Source: Nannocystis bainbridge
GTDB taxonomy: Bacteria > Myxococcota_A > Polyangia > Nannocystales > Nannocystaceae
NCBI RefSeq assembly: GCF_028368995.1
Contig: NZ_JAQNDL010000001.1
Span: 96,001-160,000, forward strand
Length of the DNA: 64,000 nt
Direction: 5' to 3'
The first letter of the stretch is position 1; each line of letters begins with the position of its first letter. Below, piece after piece: positions 1 through 10,061 of the stretch. The translations under genes were made by a program, and so were the position numbers. The notes beneath the pieces are model-generated. The model saw nothing but the letters and a program-made list of their open reading frames with translations, had not been told where the DNA came from and did no database searches.

Positions 1-998
<998 letters not shown>

Positions 999-1005
999 GA
1001 TGGTG

Positions 1006-1740
1006 CTACTGGTTGTCTTTGGAGACAGGTACGTCGGGACATGTCGCATCGGACCTGTCCCCAGAGTCAGTGTAGTCGTCGGCGCCGAGGTAGCCGGCGC
1101 GGGCCAGCGCCTCGCGCGTGACCGCCGGCGCGGCCGCGCGGGCCGGCTCGCCGCCGGCGCCGAGCAGGCGGGCGACGTAGCGGGCCAGCAGGTCGACCTC
1201 GAGGTTGACCGCGTCGCCGACCTGCCGCTCGCCGAGGGTGGTCTCTTTGAGCGTGTGCGGGATCAGCCCGACGGCGAACCCGCGGGCGTCGACCGCGTTG
1301 ACGGTGAGGCTGACGCCGTCGACGCACGCGCTGCCCTTGACGGCGACGTAGCGCGCCAGTTCGTCCGGGACGTCGAACCAAACCTCGAGAGCGTCGCCGC
1401 GGACGGTCCGGCTGCGCACGCGCGCGAGGCCATCGACGTGGCCCGACACGAGGTGCCCGCCGAGCGCGTCGCCGAGGCGCAGCGCCGGCTCGATGTGCAC
1501 CCGGGTGCCCGGCCGCAGGTCGCCGAGGGTCGTCACCGCGAGGGTCTCGAACGCCGCCTCGACCGTGAAGTCGCGCGCGGTGGCGGCGGTGACGGTGAGG
1601 CAAACGCCGGAGATCGCGACGCTGGCGCCGAGGCTGCGATCGCTCTCGGACAGCGGATAGGCGATCACGAAGGTGCGTCGCTGCGCGCCGGGGATCACGC
1701 GCTCGACCGTGCCGACGCCGCGCACGAGGCCGGTGAACAT
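1006..1740 (-). CDS. ribE: riboflavin synthase alpha chain
   Basis: MFTGLV start, GVCLTV, GGHLVSGHVDG, KGSACVDGVSLTVN, VNLEVDLLARY. Confidence 0.96.
   Translation of the reverse strand: MFTGLVRGVGTVERVIPGAQRRTFVIAYPLSESDRSLGASVAISGVCLTVTAATARDFTVEAAFETLAVTTLGDLRPGTRVHIEPALRLGDALGGHLVSGHVDGLARVRSRTVRGDALEVWFDVPDELARYVAVKGSACVDGVSLTVNAVDARGFAVGLIPHTLKETTLGERQVGDAVNLEVDLLARYVARLLGAGGEPARAAAPAVTREALARAGYLGADDYTDSGDRSDATCPDVPVSKDNQ
1009..1070. repeat. 14-bp-period palindromic decamer array in the ribE 3' end
   Basis: Cores CAGG/CATG/CCTG at 1026, 1040, 1054 (weak at 1012): AGACAGGTAC, GGACATGTCG, GGACCTGTCC. Confidence 0.7.
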
Positions 1741-1835
1741 GCGGGGGTTATGGCACAGATCACCGGCCGGTGCGACGGCCCGCGGCGCCCGCCGCAGGCA
1801 TCAGCACGCGCGTCTCGTGAGGTCCGCCGCGGGCG

Positions 1836-3071
1836 TCAACTCTCGCGTGTCGCGGGCTCCGTGGCGGGCTCCACGGGCGGGCCGAGAATGGTGAGGCCAT
1901 CGACCCCGACCTCGGTGCGCAGCAGCGGCCGGAGCCGCGTGGCGTCGGCGACCGCGGCGACCTTGAGCCCGGCCGCCGCGGGCTTGCCGTCGCCGAGGAT
2001 CACCGGCGCATGGAACCAGTAGAACCGCTGCCACGCGCCCGCGGCGACGAAGCTGGCGATCATCCGCCCGCCGCCCTCGACGAGCAGCGAGCGCAGCGGC
2101 AGCTGGCCCAGCGCCTGCAACGCCCCCGCGACATCGACGCGACCCTCGGCGTCTCCCGTCAGCTCGATGCGCCGCAGGCCCAGGTCGTCGATCGATCGCT
2201 GCGCCGCCGTCGGCGCGCGGCTGGTGTGCAGCACCACCGTGCCCGGCCGCAGCAGCGTCGGTCGCTGCGCGGCCCCGGCCACCCGCAGGCCGCTGTCGAA
2301 GATCACCGGCAGCGGATCGACGCCGGTGACCATGCGCACCGACAGCGCGGGATCGTCGCGGAGCACCGTGTCGGCGCCGACGGCGATCGCGTGGTGACGG
2401 GCGCGCAACCAGTGCCCGAGCCGCCGCGCCGCCTCGCCGGTGATCCACTTGCTGTCCCCCGAGCCAGCCGCGATCTGGCCGTCGAGCGACGACGCGATCT
2501 TCAGGGTCACGAACGGCAGCCGCGTCGCTTCGTGGTGCAGGTAGTGCTCGTGCGCCGACGCGCACGCATGGGCGAGCACGCCGGCGCGCACGCGGACGCC
2601 GGCGGCGCGCAGCAGGTCGATGCCGCGGCCGCTGGCGTGGGCCGCCGGATCGAGCGCGCCCACCACGACCTCGCCGACGCCAGCGGCGATCAGCGCCCCG
2701 GTGCACGGCGGGGTGCGACCGAAGTGCGAGCAGGGCTCGAGCGTGACGTAGACGGTGGCGCCGCGCGCGGCCGCTCCGGCCTGCGCGAGCGCGGAGACCT
2801 CGGCGTGCGGGCCTCCGGTGGGCGCGCTGCGACCGGCGCCGACCACCCGATCGCCCTGCACGACGATCGCGCCGACGCACGGGTTGGGATAGGTCGCGCC
2901 GGTGCCCGAGCGGGCCAACGCCACGGCCACGCCCATCCACCGCACGTCACGCGCCTCGGCTGATTCGCCCGCGACCGGCGTGCTGGTCAGCGCCGCCGCG
3001 ATCGCGGCCGGCCCGGCGTCGGCGACCCCGTCGGCGCCGCCGAGCAGGTCGGCCGGCTCCGGCGAGATCAC
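1836..3071 (-). CDS. ribD: bifunctional diaminohydroxyphosphoribosylaminopyrimidine deaminase/reductase
   Basis: PNPCVG, HAEV, TLEPCSHFGRTPPC, SLDG, KWITG, LLVEGGG motifs. Confidence 0.96.
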   Translation of the reverse strand: MISPEPADLLGGADGVADAGPAAIAAALTSTPVAGESAEARDVRWMGVAVALARSGTGATYPNPCVGAIVVQGDRVVGAGRSAPTGGPHAEVSALAQAGAAARGATVYVTLEPCSHFGRTPPCTGALIAAGVGEVVVGALDPAAHASGRGIDLLRAAGVRVRAGVLAHACASAHEHYLHHEATRLPFVTLKIASSLDGQIAAGSGDSKWITGEAARRLGHWLRARHHAIAVGADTVLRDDPALSVRMVTGVDPLPVIFDSGLRVAGAAQRPTLLRPGTVVLHTSRAPTAAQRSIDDLGLRRIELTGDAEGRVDVAGALQALGQLPLRSLLVEGGGRMIASFVAAGAWQRFYWFHAPVILGDGKPAAAGLKVAAVADATRLRPLLRTEVGVDGLTILGPPVEPATEPATRES

Positions 3072-3670
3072 GGGACCTCGCTGTCCGGCGCAGGCGACCT
3101 GTCCCCAGAGTCAGGTTCGTCCTCGGCCTCGCCGAACAGCCGGCTCGGCGCGCTGAGCTGGATCTGCCCGCGCGCGTCGATCTCGAACAGCGTGCGCTGC
3201 CCCTCCGGGCTGGTGTGCGCGGCCTTCTCCATCTGGTTCAGCAGGTGCACGAACTCGTCGACGTTGTGATAGACGCCGTGGCTGGAGAGGTAGCGGACAT
3301 ACGCGACGAGGTCGAGCGGGCGCAGCAACCGCGTCACGCGATCGGCGATCTCTTCGGCACGGATCTCTCGCTCCCCGCGTGTCGCGGCCCACAGCTCGAC
3401 CGCCACGATCAGCCCCTCGATCTGCTCGTCGTCGACCGGCCGCTTGTGACAGACCCGCTGGAGGCCGGCGGCGATCTTGTTGCGATCGAAGGCCTGCTTG
3501 CCGCCGCCGCGCTTGAGCACGATCGGCGGGGTCGTCTCGATCCGCTCGTACGTGGTGAAGCGGTGGTTGCAGTCGAGGCAGGCTCGCCGCCGCCGGATCG
3601 CGCCGCCGTCCCGACTCTCCCTCGAGTCGAGGACCTTGATGCTCCCGCTGCGGCAGACCGGGCAGAGCAA
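3068..3670 (-). CDS. nrdR: transcriptional repressor NrdR
   Basis: CPVC...VLDSR...IRRRRACLDCNHRFTTYER zinc ribbon, ATP-cone, VAYVRY. Confidence 0.95.
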   Translation of the reverse strand: MLCPVCRSGSIKVLDSRESRDGGAIRRRRACLDCNHRFTTYERIETTPPIVLKRGGGKQAFDRNKIAAGLQRVCHKRPVDDEQIEGLIVAVELWAATRGEREIRAEEIADRVTRLLRPLDLVAYVRYLSSHGVYHNVDEFVHLLNQMEKAAHTSPEGQRTLFEIDARGQIQLSAPSRLFGEAEDEPDSGDRSPAPDSEVP

Positions 3671-3674
3671 ATCT

Positions 3675-4115
3675 CTACCCCCCGGGCTCCAGCTTCTCGA
3701 CCCGCCGGGCGTGACGCCCCCCGGCGAAGCGCGCGTCGAGGAAGGTCCGTAGCAGGACCTTCGCCAGCTCGACGCCGACCACCCGCGCGCCCAGACAGAG
3801 CACGTTGGCGTCGTTGTGTTCGCGGGCCATCGCCGCGCTGAACGGATCCATCACGACCGCGGCGCGGATGCCGATCTGCTTGTTGGCGGCCATGGCCATG
3901 CCCTGACCTGTCCCACAGACCAGGAGGCCGACCGAGCCCGGGTCGGCCTTGACGCAGGTGCTGACGGTCGCCGCGACGTCGGGGTAGTCGACCGACTCGC
4001 TCGCCGTCGCCGGCCCCGACTCGCTCCCGACCTCATGGCCGAACGCGACCACCGCGGCCGCGAGCTCGCGCCGGAGCTCGATCGCCGCGTGGTCGCTGCC
4101 GAGGTGTACGCGCAT
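3675..4115 (-). CDS. rpiB: ribose-5-phosphate isomerase B
   Basis: GSDHA, DYPD, CGTGQGM, AREHNDANVLCLGAR, GGRHARRV. Confidence 0.96.
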   Translation of the reverse strand: MRVHLGSDHAAIELRRELAAAVVAFGHEVGSESGPATASESVDYPDVAATVSTCVKADPGSVGLLVCGTGQGMAMAANKQIGIRAAVVMDPFSAAMAREHNDANVLCLGARVVGVELAKVLLRTFLDARFAGGRHARRVEKLEPGG

Positions 4116-4122
4116 GGCTCGT

Positions 4123-5361
4123 CTACCCGACGCGCTTCAACGCGAGGCACGCGTTGGTGCCGCCGAAGCCGAAGCTGTTGGAGAGGACCACGTCGACCGC
4201 GACCTTGCGCGCCTCGTGCGGCACGTAGTCGAGGTCGCACTCGGGGTCGGGATCGTCGAGGTTGATGGTCGGCGGCAGCACCTCGTGGTGCAGCGCCAGG
4301 GCGCAGATCGCCGCCTCGAGCCCGCCGGTGGCCCCGAGCAGGTGGCCGTGCATCGACTTCGTCGACGACACCGCCAGCTTGCGCGCGTGCGCGCCGAACA
4401 CCGCCTTGATCGCGCTGGTCTCGGTCGCGTCGGCGCTGGTCGAGGTGCCGTGCGCGTTGATGTAGCCGACCGACTCGGGGGGCAGCCCCGCGTCGCGCAG
4501 CGCCAGCCGCATGCACCGCTGCGCGCCCTCGCCGTCGGGCGACGGCGCGGTGATGTGATGCGCGTCGGAGGTCGCCGCGTAGCCGACGATCTCGGCGTAG
4601 ATGCGGGCCCCGCGGGCCTTGGCGCGCTCCCATGCTTCGAGCACCACGAGCCCGCAGCCCTCGCTGAGGACGAAGCCGTCGCGGCTCTTGGTGAACGGGC
4701 GCGACGCCTTCGTCGGCTCGTCGTTGCGGGTCGACAGCGCCCGCATCGAAGCGAACCCGCCGATGCACAGCGGCGAGACCGTCGCCTCGGTGCCGCCCGC
4801 GATCATCACGTCGGCGCCGCCGCGGGCGATCAGGTGGAACGCCTCGCCGATGCTGTGCGCGCCGGTCGAGCAGGCCGACACATGGCTCATGTTCGGCCCG
4901 CGATAATTGTGGCGGATCGAGATCTGCCCCGGCGCCAGGTTGACGATGATCGCCGGCACGAAGTACGGGCTGATGCCGTGGCGCGGGCCCTTCTCGCGCA
5001 GCGAGTCGTGGGTGGCCTCGAGGACAGGCAGGCCGCCGAGGCCGGCGCCGACGTAGACGCCGAAGCGCTCGGGGTCGTCGGGCGGCCCCAGCTTCGCGTC
5101 CTCGACCGCCATCGCCGCCGCCGCGACCGCATACTGGATGAAGAGGTCCATCTGTCGGACCTCCTTCTTCGGGACCCAGCGCGTCGCGTCGAAGTCACGC
5201 ACTTCGCCGGCGATGCGCGTCGTCATCGCGCTCGCGTCGAACCGCGTGATCGGCCCGATCCCCGACTTCCCTGCGCACAAGCTCCGCCAGTTGTCGTCGT
5301 TGCCGACGCCCAGCGGGCTGATGAGCCCCACTCCCGTGACCGCGACCCTGCGCCCCGTCAC
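4123..5361 (-). CDS. fabF: beta-ketoacyl-ACP synthase II
   Basis: [37 protein letters not shown]. Confidence 0.97.
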   Translation of the reverse strand: MTGRRVAVTGVGLISPLGVGNDDNWRSLCAGKSGIGPITRFDASAMTTRIAGEVRDFDATRWVPKKEVRQMDLFIQYAVAAAAMAVEDAKLGPPDDPERFGVYVGAGLGGLPVLEATHDSLREKGPRHGISPYFVPAIIVNLAPGQISIRHNYRGPNMSHVSACSTGAHSIGEAFHLIARGGADVMIAGGTEATVSPLCIGGFASMRALSTRNDEPTKASRPFTKSRDGFVLSEGCGLVVLEAWERAKARGARIYAEIVGYAATSDAHHITAPSPDGEGAQRCMRLALRDAGLPPESVGYINAHGTSTSADATETSAIKAVFGAHARKLAVSSTKSMHGHLLGATGGLEAAICALALHHEVLPPTINLDDPDPECDLDYVPHEARKVAVDVVLSNSFGFGGTNACLALKRVG

Positions 5362-5370
5362 AGCGACCTC

Positions 5371-5616
5371 TCAGGCCTTGCGACGCGCGCGGATGTAGTT
5401 CACGGCGTCACCGACGGTCTTGATGTTCTCGACCTCTTCGTCGGGGATCTTGATCTCGAAGTGCTCCTCGAAGGCGAGCACGAGCTCGACGATCGCCAGC
5501 GAGTCGGCGCCGAGGTCGTCGGTGAAGATCTTGTCCAGCGTGCAGTCCTCGGGCTTCACGTCGAGCTGCTCACGGACGATTTCGATGACCTGCTTCTCGA
5601 TGTCGGATGTCGTCAT
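5371..5616 (-). CDS. acpP: acyl carrier protein
   Basis: [20 protein letters not shown]; ATG at 5616 preceded by GAGGGA. Confidence 0.96.
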   Translation of the reverse strand: MTTSDIEKQVIEIVREQLDVKPEDCTLDKIFTDDLGADSLAIVELVLAFEEHFEIKIPDEEVENIKTVGDAVNYIRARRKA

Positions 5617-5668
5617 GGTGGTTCCCTCTCCAGTCGGGGTCACAAACAAGCGAACGAACTCGTCGGGC

Positions 5669-6466
5669 TCACATACGCAGGCCGCCGTTGATCGCGAGGA
5701 CTTGCCCCGTGACGTAGGCGGCGGCCGGCGCGGCCAGGTAAGCCACGGCCTCGGCGACCTCTTCGGGGCGGCCGATCCGGGCGAGCGGGATCTGCTTGAG
5801 CAGCGCCTCGCGGGCGTCGCCGTGGACGCTCGCGGCGGTCATGTCGGTCTCGAAGAAGCCCGGCGTGACGGCGTTGACGGTCACGCCGCGGCCGGCGAAC
5901 TCGCGGGCGAGCGAGCGGGTCAGCCCGAGCAGGCCGGCCTTGGCGGCGGCGTACATCGCCTGCCCGGCGTTGCCCTGCTCGCCGATGACGCTGCTGATGT
6001 TGATGATGCGCCCGTCGGCCTTGGCCTTGAGCAGGTGGCGGGCGGCCGCCTTGGCGCAGTGGAACGCGCCCTTGAGGTTCACGTCGAGGACGCGCTGGAA
6101 GTCGGCCGGGGCGGCGCGCATCAGCAGGGCGTCGATCGAGATCCCGGCGTTGTTGACGAGGATGTGCAGGCCGCCGAGCTCCGCGACGATGCGCTGCACG
6201 CCCGCGTCGACCGCGGCGGCGTCGGCGACGTCGAAGCCGAACGGCCTGGCCGCGCCGCCCTCGGCGACGATCTCGTCGCACAGCTCGCGGGCCGCGTCCT
6301 CGCGGGCCGCGTAGTTGACCGCCACCGTCGCGCCACGCTGCGCCAGCACCCGGGCGATCGCCCGACCGATGCCACGCGAGGCGCCGGTGACCAGCGCGAC
6401 GCGCCCGGTGAGCGCGAGCGACGGCGGCAGCGCCCTGGCTTGAGGATTGGCTTCGAGGCCCGACAC
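5669..6466 (-). CDS. fabG: 3-oxoacyl-ACP reductase
   Basis: [20 protein letters not shown] fold; fab operon context. Confidence 0.95.
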   Translation of the reverse strand: MSGLEANPQARALPPSLALTGRVALVTGASRGIGRAIARVLAQRGATVAVNYAAREDAARELCDEIVAEGGAARPFGFDVADAAAVDAGVQRIVAELGGLHILVNNAGISIDALLMRAAPADFQRVLDVNLKGAFHCAKAAARHLLKAKADGRIINISSVIGEQGNAGQAMYAAAKAGLLGLTRSLAREFAGRGVTVNAVTPGFFETDMTAASVHGDAREALLKQIPLARIGRPEEVAEAVAYLAAPAAAYVTGQVLAINGGLRM

Positions 6467-7443
6467 TAGGTGCCGAGCTTTAGCACATCGAGGTCCGCCG
6501 GGGAACCGAGGCCGATGACCGAGAAGCCCTTGTCGATGCGTTTAATCAAGTTGCTCAGCACCTTGCCGTGGCCGAGCTCGAGCCCGCGAGAGATATCCAT
6601 GCGCATCATCGTTCGCACGCTCGCCTCCCACCGGACGCGGCCGGTGATCTGACGAACGAGTCGATCGCGGACGGCCTGCGGATCGCCCGTCGAAGGATAG
6701 GGCTCGGCGTCGACGTTCGCGATCACGGGCGCACGCGGCGCGGCGATGTCGATGTCGACCAGCGCCGCGGCCACGCGCTCGGCCGCGGGCCGCATCAGCG
6801 CGCAGTGGAAGGGCGCCGACACGTTGAGCTTCATCGCTCGCGCGCGGTTCTCCTTGGCGCGCGCGACCACCCGCTCGACGGCCGCCGCGTGACCGGCGAC
6901 GACGATCTGCCCGCCGCCGTTCTCGTTGGCGGGGCTGACGATCTCGCCGCCCTCGCTCGCTTCTTCGCACCACTGCTCGAGCGCGGCCGGGTCGGCGCCG
7001 ATCACCGCCGCCATCGCGCCGACGCCCGCGGGCACGGCCTCTTGCATCGCCAGGCCGCGCAGCCGCACCAGCTTGACCGCGTCGACGAACGCCAGCGCGC
7101 CCGCGGCGACCAGCGCCGAGAACTCGCCGAGGCTGTGCCCGAGCAGCGCCGCCGGCTGCAGCCCGAGCTCGCTCGTGACCACCGTCCAGGCGGCGATGCT
7201 GCAGGTGAGGATCGCCGGCTGGGTGTTGGCGGTCTGCGCCAGCGCCTCGGCCGGGCCCTCGAAGCACAGCCGCGACAGCGGCTCCCCGAGCGCGTCATCG
7301 GCCTCGGCGAACACGCGCCGCGCGGCCGGGAACGCCTCGGCCAGCGCCTTGCCCATGCCGGGCTCCTGGCTGCCCTGGCCGGGGAACATAAACGCCAGCG
7401 GCCGGGCGACCCCAGCGCTGTCCGAAGAGACATGTTCGTTCAT
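6466..7443 (-). CDS. fabD: malonyl-CoA:ACP transacylase
   Basis: FPGQGSQ, TQPAI, GHSLGE, VSAPFH. Confidence 0.96.
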   Translation of the reverse strand: MNEHVSSDSAGVARPLAFMFPGQGSQEPGMGKALAEAFPAARRVFAEADDALGEPLSRLCFEGPAEALAQTANTQPAILTCSIAAWTVVTSELGLQPAALLGHSLGEFSALVAAGALAFVDAVKLVRLRGLAMQEAVPAGVGAMAAVIGADPAALEQWCEEASEGGEIVSPANENGGGQIVVAGHAAAVERVVARAKENRARAMKLNVSAPFHCALMRPAAERVAAALVDIDIAAPRAPVIANVDAEPYPSTGDPQAVRDRLVRQITGRVRWEASVRTMMRMDISRGLELGHGKVLSNLIKRIDKGFSVIGLGSPADLDVLKLGT

Positions 7444-7451
7444 GCAGGTGA
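7414..7451. repeat. 14-bp-period decamer array at the plsX/fabD junction
   Basis: Cores at 7417 (GCTG), 7431 (CATG), 7445 (CAGG). Confidence 0.45.
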
Positions 7452-8501
7452 CTCCTCGCGCTTGGCCGCGGCGAACAGCTCGCGGTGATCGCCGATCGCG
7501 GTCCGCAGCGCCGGCGTGAGGTCGCGCGCCGCGTAGTCGCCGGCGATCCGGATGCCGGTCGCCAGCGCCTTCGGGCCGGCGCCGCCGTGACAGATGATCG
7601 CCACCCCGTCGACGCCGAGCAGGGGCGCGCCGCCGTAGGAGTCGGGGTCGAGCTGCTCGCCGAGGGCGCGGAAGGCCGGGCGCAGGATCAGCCCGCCGAG
7701 CTTCGTGCGCGCGGTCTGCATCACCGCCGCGCGCAGGAACCCGACGATCCCGCCCGCGGTGCCCTCCATGACCTTGAGCGCGACGTTGCCCGTGAACCCG
7801 TCGGTGACGATCACGTCGACGGTGTCCTTAAAGAAGTCCTTGCCCTCGACGTAGCCGTGGAACGAAAACGCCGGGCTCGGGTGGGCCGCCAGCAGGCGAT
7901 GGGCCGCGCGCGTGAGGTCGGTGCCCTTGCCCTCCTCGCTGCCGTTCGACAGCACGCCGACGCGCGGCCGCTTGCCGTGCGCGGTGCTGGAGAAGATCGC
8001 CCCCATCACCGCGAACTGCACGAGGTTGATCGGCTTGCAGTCGACGTTCGCGCCCATGTCGATGAGCACGCACGGGCCGCCCTTCGGCCGCGGGAAGCTC
8101 GAGACGATCGCCGGGCGGTCGATGCCCTTGAGCCGGCCGAACCGGAACAGCCCGGAGGCGAGCATCGCCCCCGAGTTGCCGGCCGAGACGACCGCGGCCG
8201 CCTGACCGCGCCGGACCAGGTCGAAGCACACGACCATCGACGCGTCGGGCTTCGAGCGCACCGCCTTGGAGGGGGTGTCCTCCATGGTGATCGTCTCCGA
8301 CGCGTGGTGGACGGTGATCCCGTCCTCCCCGTCGTAGCGAGAGATCCCCAGGAGGGCGAGCTGCGGCACGAGGCGCGCCCGGTCGCCGACGAGGATCACC
8401 TCTTGCCCGGCGCGCGCGGCGAGGACTGCGGCCTCGACCTCGACGAAGGGACAGTGATCACCGCCGAAGGCGTCGAGCGCGATCTTCCTCGTCGCCGCCA
8501 C
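7440..8501 (-). CDS. plsX: phosphate acyltransferase PlsX
   Basis: IALDAFGGDHCP, SAGNSGA, GIDRPAI, DMGANVD, TDGFTGNVALK, GAPLLGVDG. Confidence 0.96.
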   Translation of the reverse strand: MAATRKIALDAFGGDHCPFVEVEAAVLAARAGQEVILVGDRARLVPQLALLGISRYDGEDGITVHHASETITMEDTPSKAVRSKPDASMVVCFDLVRRGQAAAVVSAGNSGAMLASGLFRFGRLKGIDRPAIVSSFPRPKGGPCVLIDMGANVDCKPINLVQFAVMGAIFSSTAHGKRPRVGVLSNGSEEGKGTDLTRAAHRLLAAHPSPAFSFHGYVEGKDFFKDTVDVIVTDGFTGNVALKVMEGTAGGIVGFLRAAVMQTARTKLGGLILRPAFRALGEQLDPDSYGGAPLLGVDGVAIICHGGAGPKALATGIRIAGDYAARDLTPALRTAIGDHRELFAAAKREESPA

Positions 8502-8508
8502 CTCTTAC

Positions 8509-8694
8509 TTACTCTTGCGCGATCGTGATCACCTCACGGCCCTTGTAGTGGCCGCAGGCCGGGCACACGTGGTGGCTTCGAACGCGCTCTTGGCAGTTCG
8601 GGCAGGCGACGAGAGTCGGCGCCGAGCGCTTGTCGTGGTGGGCGCGCCGCATGTCGCGGCGGGACTGGGACTTCTTCTTCTTGGGGACAGCCAT
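8509..8694 (-). CDS. rpmF: 50S ribosomal protein L32
   Basis: [17 protein letters not shown]...CPNC...[12 protein letters not shown]. Confidence 0.97.
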   Translation of the reverse strand: MAVPKKKKSQSRRDMRRAHHDKRSAPTLVACPNCQERVRSHHVCPACGHYKGREVITIAQE

Positions 8695-8816
8695 GGCACG
8701 AACCGCCTTGGAAGCGGGGGCGGGAGTCTATCGCTTTTCCCGGCGCCACAATCGGCGCAGGGGGCGGTAGAGCGCCCGGAGGACCTGAGATAACTCAAAC
8801 CTCCGGGCCGGGATCA

Positions 8817-9815
8817 CTACTTCTTCTTGCTCGGGGGTTTACCCGAGGACTTCGGCGCCGGGCGGGCAGACGCCTTGCTGGCCGGTTTGGCCGGCTTGGC
8901 CGCCTTGCCCGGCGACTTGGACGTCTTGCTCGGCGCACCGGCCGACTTGCTCGCGGGGCCCGACTTGCCCGCCGGAGCCGCGGACGATCTGCTCGCGGGC
9001 TTGGCGACCGGCGGACCGGATCGCTTGCCGGCCGAGGGGGACTTGTCGCCCGGCCGCGGCTCGGGCTCGCCGAACCCGGGATCGAAATCGTCGACCCCGG
9101 GAATAGGGCCGGCGAAGCCCAGGTTGTCGGCGTCCGTGTCGTCGTCCCCGTCCACGCCCGCGTCGGCGAGCTGCCGCAAGGCCGCCTGCCACGAGGTCGT
9201 GGGCTTGGCCGGCGCCTCGTCGTCATCCTCTTCCGCGAGGGTGACGATCGGCACCTGGGCGTCGGTCGCTCCGCACGCCGCGCACGGGCCCAGCGGCTGA
9301 CCGTTCAACTCGGCCCCGCAGCGCATGCACAGACCGCGGCACGCCTCGCCGTAGGCGCACAGCGCCCGGATCGGATACGACAGCAGCACCTGCTCGACGA
9401 GCAGCGGCCGCAGATCGATGTGCGTGCCGGAGAAGCTGCGCTCGTCCGGCGACTCGGTCTCGCTCTCCTCGTCGTCGGCGTCACTGACGCGATCGCGGAC
9501 GAAGTGCACGCAAATCTCCCCGCCGGCCGAGACCGGCGCTGGCGCCAAACAGCGGGCGCAGGGGACGCTGTAGCCGCCCTGGATGCGGCCGCGGACCAGA
9601 TAGCTGGTGCCCTCGCCGATGGCCGTGACTTCGAGCGACGTGGCGCCGCCGCTGGTGACCTCGGCGTCGGTGTGCGCCAGCACCGTCGCCATCCACGGCG
9701 CCGGGAGCTCCGCCTGGACCTCGTAGGGGCCCAGCCCGGAGCGAGCCAGGGCCACGAGATCGAGGTCAAGCTCCGGCGGGAGCTGCGTGCCGTCGTCGCG
9801 GGGCGTGGCCTTCAT
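8817..9815 (-). CDS. yceD: YceD/DUF177 family protein with acidic and Lys/Ala/Pro/Ser-rich C-terminal extension
   Basis: From MKATPRDD (ATG at 9815): CARCL, IDLRPLLVEQVLLSYP, CRGLCMRCG; canonical position upstream of rpmF. Confidence 0.85.
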   Translation of the reverse strand: MKATPRDDGTQLPPELDLDLVALARSGLGPYEVQAELPAPWMATVLAHTDAEVTSGGATSLEVTAIGEGTSYLVRGRIQGGYSVPCARCLAPAPVSAGGEICVHFVRDRVSDADDEESETESPDERSFSGTHIDLRPLLVEQVLLSYPIRALCAYGEACRGLCMRCGAELNGQPLGPCAACGATDAQVPIVTLAEEDDDEAPAKPTTSWQAALRQLADAGVDGDDDTDADNLGFAGPIPGVDDFDPGFGEPEPRPGDKSPSAGKRSGPPVAKPASRSSAAPAGKSGPASKSAGAPSKTSKSPGKAAKPAKPASKASARPAPKSSGKPPSKKK

Positions 9816-9822
9816 CCGGCCG

Positions 9823-9851
9823 CATGTAGCGCGTGGCGCCAGGGCTGTCAA
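9823..9851 (-). promoter_or_regulatory. candidate sigma70 promoter for the yceD-rpmF-fab-rib operon
   Basis: Minus strand TTGACA (9851-9846), 17 nt, TACATG. Confidence 0.5.
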
Positions 9852-9853
9852 AC

Positions 9854-9896
9854 CGCCGCCAGCCCGGATCCTTTCGCCGCCAGCCCCAGATCCTTT
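9854..9896. repeat. 21/22-bp direct repeat between back-to-back TTGACA elements
   Basis: CGCCGCCAGCCCGGATCCTTT followed by CGCCGCCAGCCCCAGATCCTTT. Confidence 0.75.
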
Positions 9897-9898
9897 GG

Positions 9899-9928
9899 TT
9901 GACACGGCAAACGCGGATTGGCTATTGC
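9899..9928 (+). promoter_or_regulatory. candidate sigma70 promoter for the large repeat-protein gene
   Basis: TTGACA at 9899-9904; weak -10 (TG-GCTATTG) about 17-18 nt downstream. Confidence 0.4.
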
Positions 9929-10061
9929 CTCCCGGCCCTTGGTCGCCTCTGAGCCCACTGCGCGCCTCGGAGGCGCCGACGCGAGCCCCCGCCTCGACGC
10001 GCCCGGCGACGTCTCGCCGCTCGCCGAGCCGCGGCTCGAGTTCTCCGCCGGTCGCTCGCGC

